This document shows positions 27,128-31,043 of a stretch of DNA of 31,043 bases, piece after piece. The stretch covers positions 1 through 31,043 of the forward strand of contig CAWBHS010000095.1 in assembly GCA_963788655.1 (NCBI GenBank), given 5' to 3'. Numbering within the stretch: the first letter of the stretch is position 1; each line of letters begins with the position of its first letter. The notes under the pieces are model-generated. The model was not told where the DNA came from, did not search any database, and was given only the letters and a program-made list of their open reading frames with translations. The translations under genes and the position numbers were made by a program. Origin of the DNA: an uncultured Verrucomicrobiae bacterium. GTDB lineage: Bacteria; Verrucomicrobiota; Verrucomicrobiia; Limisphaerales; JAFGQR01.

Positions 27128-29792
27128 ATGAAACCGACAACTTACCCTTATTCAGTTTCCTCTATGCACCGTCTTTTCCGGCAGATCAACACTCGATGGA
27201 AGAGCATTACGCTACCTCTAATTGGTGGCGTCTGTCTTTTGGCTCCAGCCGTTTCCTTTGCACAAGAAACGAACTGTGTTTCGGCTCCTTCGGGTCTCGT
27301 CGCTTGGTGGCCGGGTGATGGGAGCGTTACAAATCTAGCGACAGACGACTGTGGGATTCTGCACAATGGCGCTGATTTCGCTTCTGGCTTGGTTTCCGAA
27401 GGATTACTCCTTAGATGGCATCGACGATTACGTTGATATTGGCGATTTAGCGCAACTAGACTACGCAGCCGAAATCACCGTTATGGCTTGGATCAAAAAG
27501 GCAAGCGATAACAATCCCTGGTGGGGCATTGTCGGAAAATCCGACAGTGCGCCGTCCGATACGCGCGACAATACGTTTCTGCTCTATGGGGGTGGGAAAA
27601 CGGCACCTGAGAAAGGCGGTTTCGTGGTGGTTTTCGACAACCGCGAGAGAGCCCTTGTCACGGGAACAACCGACGTTGCCGTGGGAGAATGGACTTTTTA
27701 GCCGGAACCTGGCGGAACAGCGACGGCCAAATTGCCACCTACAAAAACGGTATTTGTGAAGGGACTTCCACGAACGGCATCGGCCACACACTCCAGGCGC
27801 ACCGTTCCTACACAGCCAAAATTGGAGAATGGGGTCTCGTGCGAGAAATTCCCGGTATAAGTTTCACGGCCTGATTGACGAAGTGGCCATCTTCAACCGT
27901 GCCCTGTCATCTAACGAAATTGCCGCCATTTATTCAGCCGGAGCCAACGGGATGTGCAAGAACGCCCTGCCGCCGACTATTCTGGAACCTCCAAAGGACC
28001 AGTATGTGGCCTCGGGCAGCAATGTCACCCTCACGGTGACCGTAAGCGGAACTGAACCGATCAGCTATCACTGGCTCAAAGATGGCACGAGCCTTTCTGT
28101 GACGAGCGAAGCCACCCTCACTCTCAACAGCGCGCAGCCCGACCAAAGCGGTCTCTACTCCGTGGTAGTAAGCAACGCCTTCGGAACGGCCAACAGCCCC
28201 GTCGCCGAGATCGTTGTTCTCCCGGTGCCGCTGGAATCGGCATCTTTTGTTGATTCGGACATCTCAATTTCACCAGGCGATACAAACTATGAGGGGAGAG
28301 ATGTTGTTATCATCGCAGCTTCCCGTAACCATTGATGGGCCTCACAGACTGCATTCACTGCGGCTAATCAAAGGAGCTCGCCTTGCGCACTCGACTGGTA
28401 ACACTAGTGGGATGAACCTTGAAGTCACTGAGGACTGCCTGATCAGTGATGGCAGTGCCATCAGTGTCGACGGCCTAGGGTACAGGATCAACAAGTGGCC
28501 CCGGCGCTGGGACGGGTAGCGGAAATGGGGGCGGAGCTGGATTCGGAGGGAGGGGTGGAAGCGGAGGAGCAAGTGGTGGTCAATCCTATGGGTCGGCCAG
28601 CGATCCAAGCCTGTTGGGCAGCGGAGGAGGATGGGGCGCGCAAGACGTTTACAGGCAAGACGGCGGGAAAGGGGGAGGTCTAATCCGACTCAGAAGTTGG
28701 AAGAGAGTTTTGTTTGGATGGACGCCTGACCGCCAATGGAACCGCCGGCGGCACGGGTAAGGTCAACACTGCCTATTGGTCAGGAGGAGGCGGTTCCGGC
28801 GGAAGCATTTGCATTGAAGCTCAGGCAATTACCGGCGCTGGTGTAATTGAAGCGAACGGGGGCAATGGCGGCTGGACAACTCGCGCAGGCGGGGGAGCCG
28901 GTGGACGCATCGCGCTGTACTTTGATGACCTTGCCTTCGCAGGAAGTATTTTTGCGTGCGGAGGGAATGGTAACGAGGATGGCGCAGCCGGAAGCATTTT
29001 TACCAAGGACAAATCGCAGACCTGCGGAGAGTTAACCGTCGATAACTGCGGAAGCTCCGGAGCAAGAACGCCGCTGCCCCCAGGCACGCTCACCTTGGAC
29101 GGGTTGCATATCGCTAATGGGGCGAAAGTGGACCTGGGCGCGGACATGGAGTTGATACTGACCACCGATACCTTTGCCGTAGACGATAACGTCGAAATTG
29201 GGGTTTACACTTCTGTGAGCTACGCGGGTGGTGCAGACGGAAAGTTCTCCCTGGTACGCGTTGCCTCGGGCGGGCTGATAATTCTGGGCGATGGGGCTCA
29301 ACTGAGCACGCGGTCGGTCGAGTTGTCGTCTGGCGGGCGGCTGAATCTCAACGCTGGGTCGGACCTGTCTGCCGATACGTTGCTGATTGCCGCGGAGGGT
29401 GTCTTCGAGTTGAACAACGACAGTCTATTCGACGGCAGCCTGGTGCCGGTGCAGTTGGACGGCACGTTGTGGTTGGACGCTCCGGTGACGTTTGGTTCAT
29501 TGCAGATTGGTGCTGGCGGGAGGCTTACGCATTCGACGGGAGATGAAGATTGCGACCTGACGATTACGGGAGATCTGACGATTACCAGCGACGGAACCAT
29601 CGATGTGAGTGGACGTGGATACGGCTCGAGCAATGGCCCTGGGCAGGGCGCAGATGGGCGAGGCGGCAACTACGAGAATGGTGGCGGAGGTGGTGCGGGA
29701 CACGGGGGCCGAGGCGGCGCTGGGAACAAGGGAGCTGGGGGGCTCTGACGGAGAATCTGTTGATGCCGGTGACATTCGGCAGCGGCGGCGGC
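27128..29792 (+). pseudogene. Large secreted surface protein (LamG + Ig-like + Gly-rich repeats), multiply frameshifted and cut by IS3 copy 2
   Basis: Signal-like VCLLAPAVSFA; CVSAPSGLVAWWPGDG; ITVMAWIK and FHGLIDEVAIFNRALS (LamG); PTILEPPKDQ...SYHWLKDG...SGLYSVVVSNAFG (Ig); GGGSGGSI, GGGAGGRIALY and IDVSGRGY. Coding ends at MPVTFGSGGG exactly where the IS begins. Confidence 0.8.
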
Positions 29793-29841
29793 TGAAGTGT
29801 GCGAAATTCCTGGACCACTCCATAAGAGAATAAGGAACATC

Positions 29842-30159
29842 ATGAGTGAAATGCCTCGAAAAAGATATAGTCCAGAGTTTAAGGCGCAAGCTGTCGAACT
29901 GGTAAGTTTGGGGAAACCCGTGCCGGAAGTTGCCAAAGATTTTGGCTTTGGCGCCAACCTCCTTTACCGCTGGGTCCGGCAAGCGTCCCCGGCGGCGCCG
30001 CTCGGGAGCGCAGGGCTCCGAGCCGCAGGCGAGGAGCCCGCAGCGGACGAGCGGCGCCGCCTCCGCCGGGAGATCGCCCAGCTCAGAATTGAGAATGACA
30101 TTTTAAAAAAGGCTGCCGTTATTCTCGGAACCAAACCCCAACTCAACGACGCGCAATGA
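29842..30159 (+). CDS. IS3-family transposase OrfA
   Basis: Same protein as copy 1 OrfA; ATG at 29842 after TAAGGA. Confidence 0.92.
   Translation: MSEMPRKRYSPEFKAQAVELVSLGKPVPEVAKDFGFGANLLYRWVRQASPAAPLGSAGLRAAGEEPAADERRRLRREIAQLRIENDILKKAAVILGTKPQLNDAQ
30105..30111 (+). promoter_or_regulatory. A_AAA_AAG slippery heptamer for the -1 programmed frameshift giving OrfAB (mirror site 26190-26196 in copy 1)
   Basis: TTA AAA AAG in the OrfA frame. The -1 frame (GGC TGC CGT ... GCA ATG) is open and in frame with the orfB ATG at 30156. Confidence 0.75.
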
Positions 30160-31010
30160 TCCTGACTCTGCGACAAAAAACCGGCAGTAGTGTGCGGCAG
30201 GTTTGTCACACCCTGGGCTGTTCGCGCAGCAGCTTTTATCACGCGGCCACCGCCACGGCCACGCAGGCTGCCGACCAGCAATTGAGCGATCGGATTGAAG
30301 CCGTTTTCAAAGCGCACCGCCGCCGCTACGGTTATCGTCGCATCGGCCAGGAGCTGCGGGATCAGCAAGTGGTGTGCGCTCCCAGTCGCGTTCGCCGCCT
30401 CATGAAACAACGGGGTTTACGGGCCATCCAACCGAAAAACTTCGTGCCCAAAACCAGCGACGGCAAAGCCAATCAGCCTTCGCCCAACCTCGTGACAGGC
30501 CAACCGCGGCCCAATCGCCCCAATCAGGTTTGGGCTGGCGACATCACCTTCATCCCCACCCAGACCGGCTGGCTTTACCTGGCGGTCGTAATCGATCTGT
30601 ATTCCCGTCGCATCGTCGGCTGGAGCCTGGCTGATCACCTGCGCGCCGAACTGGTCCTGGCGGCGCTCCACCAAGCGTTGGCTTCGCGTCCGGGAATTGA
30701 CCAAACCATCTTCCACAGTGATCGGGGCAGTCAATATGGCCGCACCGCCTTTCGCCGCGTGCTGGCCCGCGCGGGTTTGCGCCAGAGCATGTCGGCCCGG
30801 GCCAATCCCTACGACAACGCCTGGACCGAATCCTTCATCGGAACGCTCAAGAAAGAAATGCTGCAAGGCGGCTGTTTTGAGACCGCGCAAGACGCGCAAA
30901 CCGAACTCTTCGAATACATCGAAGCCTACTACAATAATCAACGCAAACACTCGGCGCTGGGCTACCGAACTCCCAACCAATTTGAACACCAAAGATTAAG
31001 CAAAAATTAA
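30156..31010 (+). CDS. IS3-family transposase OrfB
   Basis: Same DDE motifs as copy 1; ATGA overlap with orfA. Confidence 0.95.
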   Translation: MILTLRQKTGSSVRQVCHTLGCSRSSFYHAATATATQAADQQLSDRIEAVFKAHRRRYGYRRIGQELRDQQVVCAPSRVRRLMKQRGLRAIQPKNFVPKTSDGKANQPSPNLVTGQPRPNRPNQVWAGDITFIPTQTGWLYLAVVIDLYSRRIVGWSLADHLRAELVLAALHQALASRPGIDQTIFHSDRGSQYGRTAFRRVLARAGLRQSMSARANPYDNAWTESFIGTLKKEMLQGGCFETAQDAQTELFEYIEAYYNNQRKHSALGYRTPNQFEHQRLSKN

Positions 31011-31043
31011 GAGAGAAAATGGTCCAAAATTCCGTTGCATCTC

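Larger units (their letters stand above)
29793..31043 (+). mobile_element. IS3-family insertion sequence, copy 2 (window ends one base before the terminal A)
   Basis: Reverse complement of 25258-26508. The one difference I found is in orfB (PRPNRP versus PRPDRP). Confidence 0.93.

Noticed and set aside
26509..29792. Interval as the selected cargo of a composite transposon
   Set aside because: It holds only a truncated gene and repeats, and the outer target duplication cannot be seen. It is kept only as a possibility under the IS-pair finding.
1..31043. CRISPR array, tRNA, rRNA or riboswitch
   Set aside because: I saw no regularly spaced direct repeats with unique spacers and no recognisable structural RNA. 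The repeats found are dispersed inverted pairs. A covariance-model search was not possible.

Overview
A bacterial window of roughly 60% GC (estimated by eye). It most likely comes from a PVC-superphylum organism, probably Verrucomicrobiota; this is inferred from the DUF1549/DUF1553 + DUF1501 pair, the secreted LamG/Ig/RHS proteins and the palindrome families. Left to right it holds: (1) a signal-peptide RHS/YD gene running off the left edge, its LamG-like partner and a divergent XRE regulator; (2) a four-gene signalling cluster (HEAT repeats, degenerate REC-HDOD, REC-DUF4388 with a roadblock-like tail, and a stand-alone roadblock-like protein) with no kinase or GTPase in the window; (3) an orphan Wzz/GumC-like gene; (4) a minus-strand metabolic run (ispH, dgt, pfk, Tat-exported Gfo/Idh/MocA oxidoreductase); (5) the cytochrome c/DUF1549/DUF1553 + DUF1501 pair; (6) decayed REP-associated tyrosine transposase fragments; (7) ppk2 with an in-frame TAA; (8) a secreted GH81 beta-1,3-glucanase; (9) two near-identical 1252-bp IS3-family copies in inverted orientation around a truncated LamG-Ig-Gly-rich surface protein gene. 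Several REP-like palindrome families occupy the intergenic gaps. Many frameshifts, including in ispH, cluster near the window ends and are most likely consensus errors. I saw no CRISPR array, tRNA or rRNA. All domain calls come from motif recognition by eye, not from database searches.
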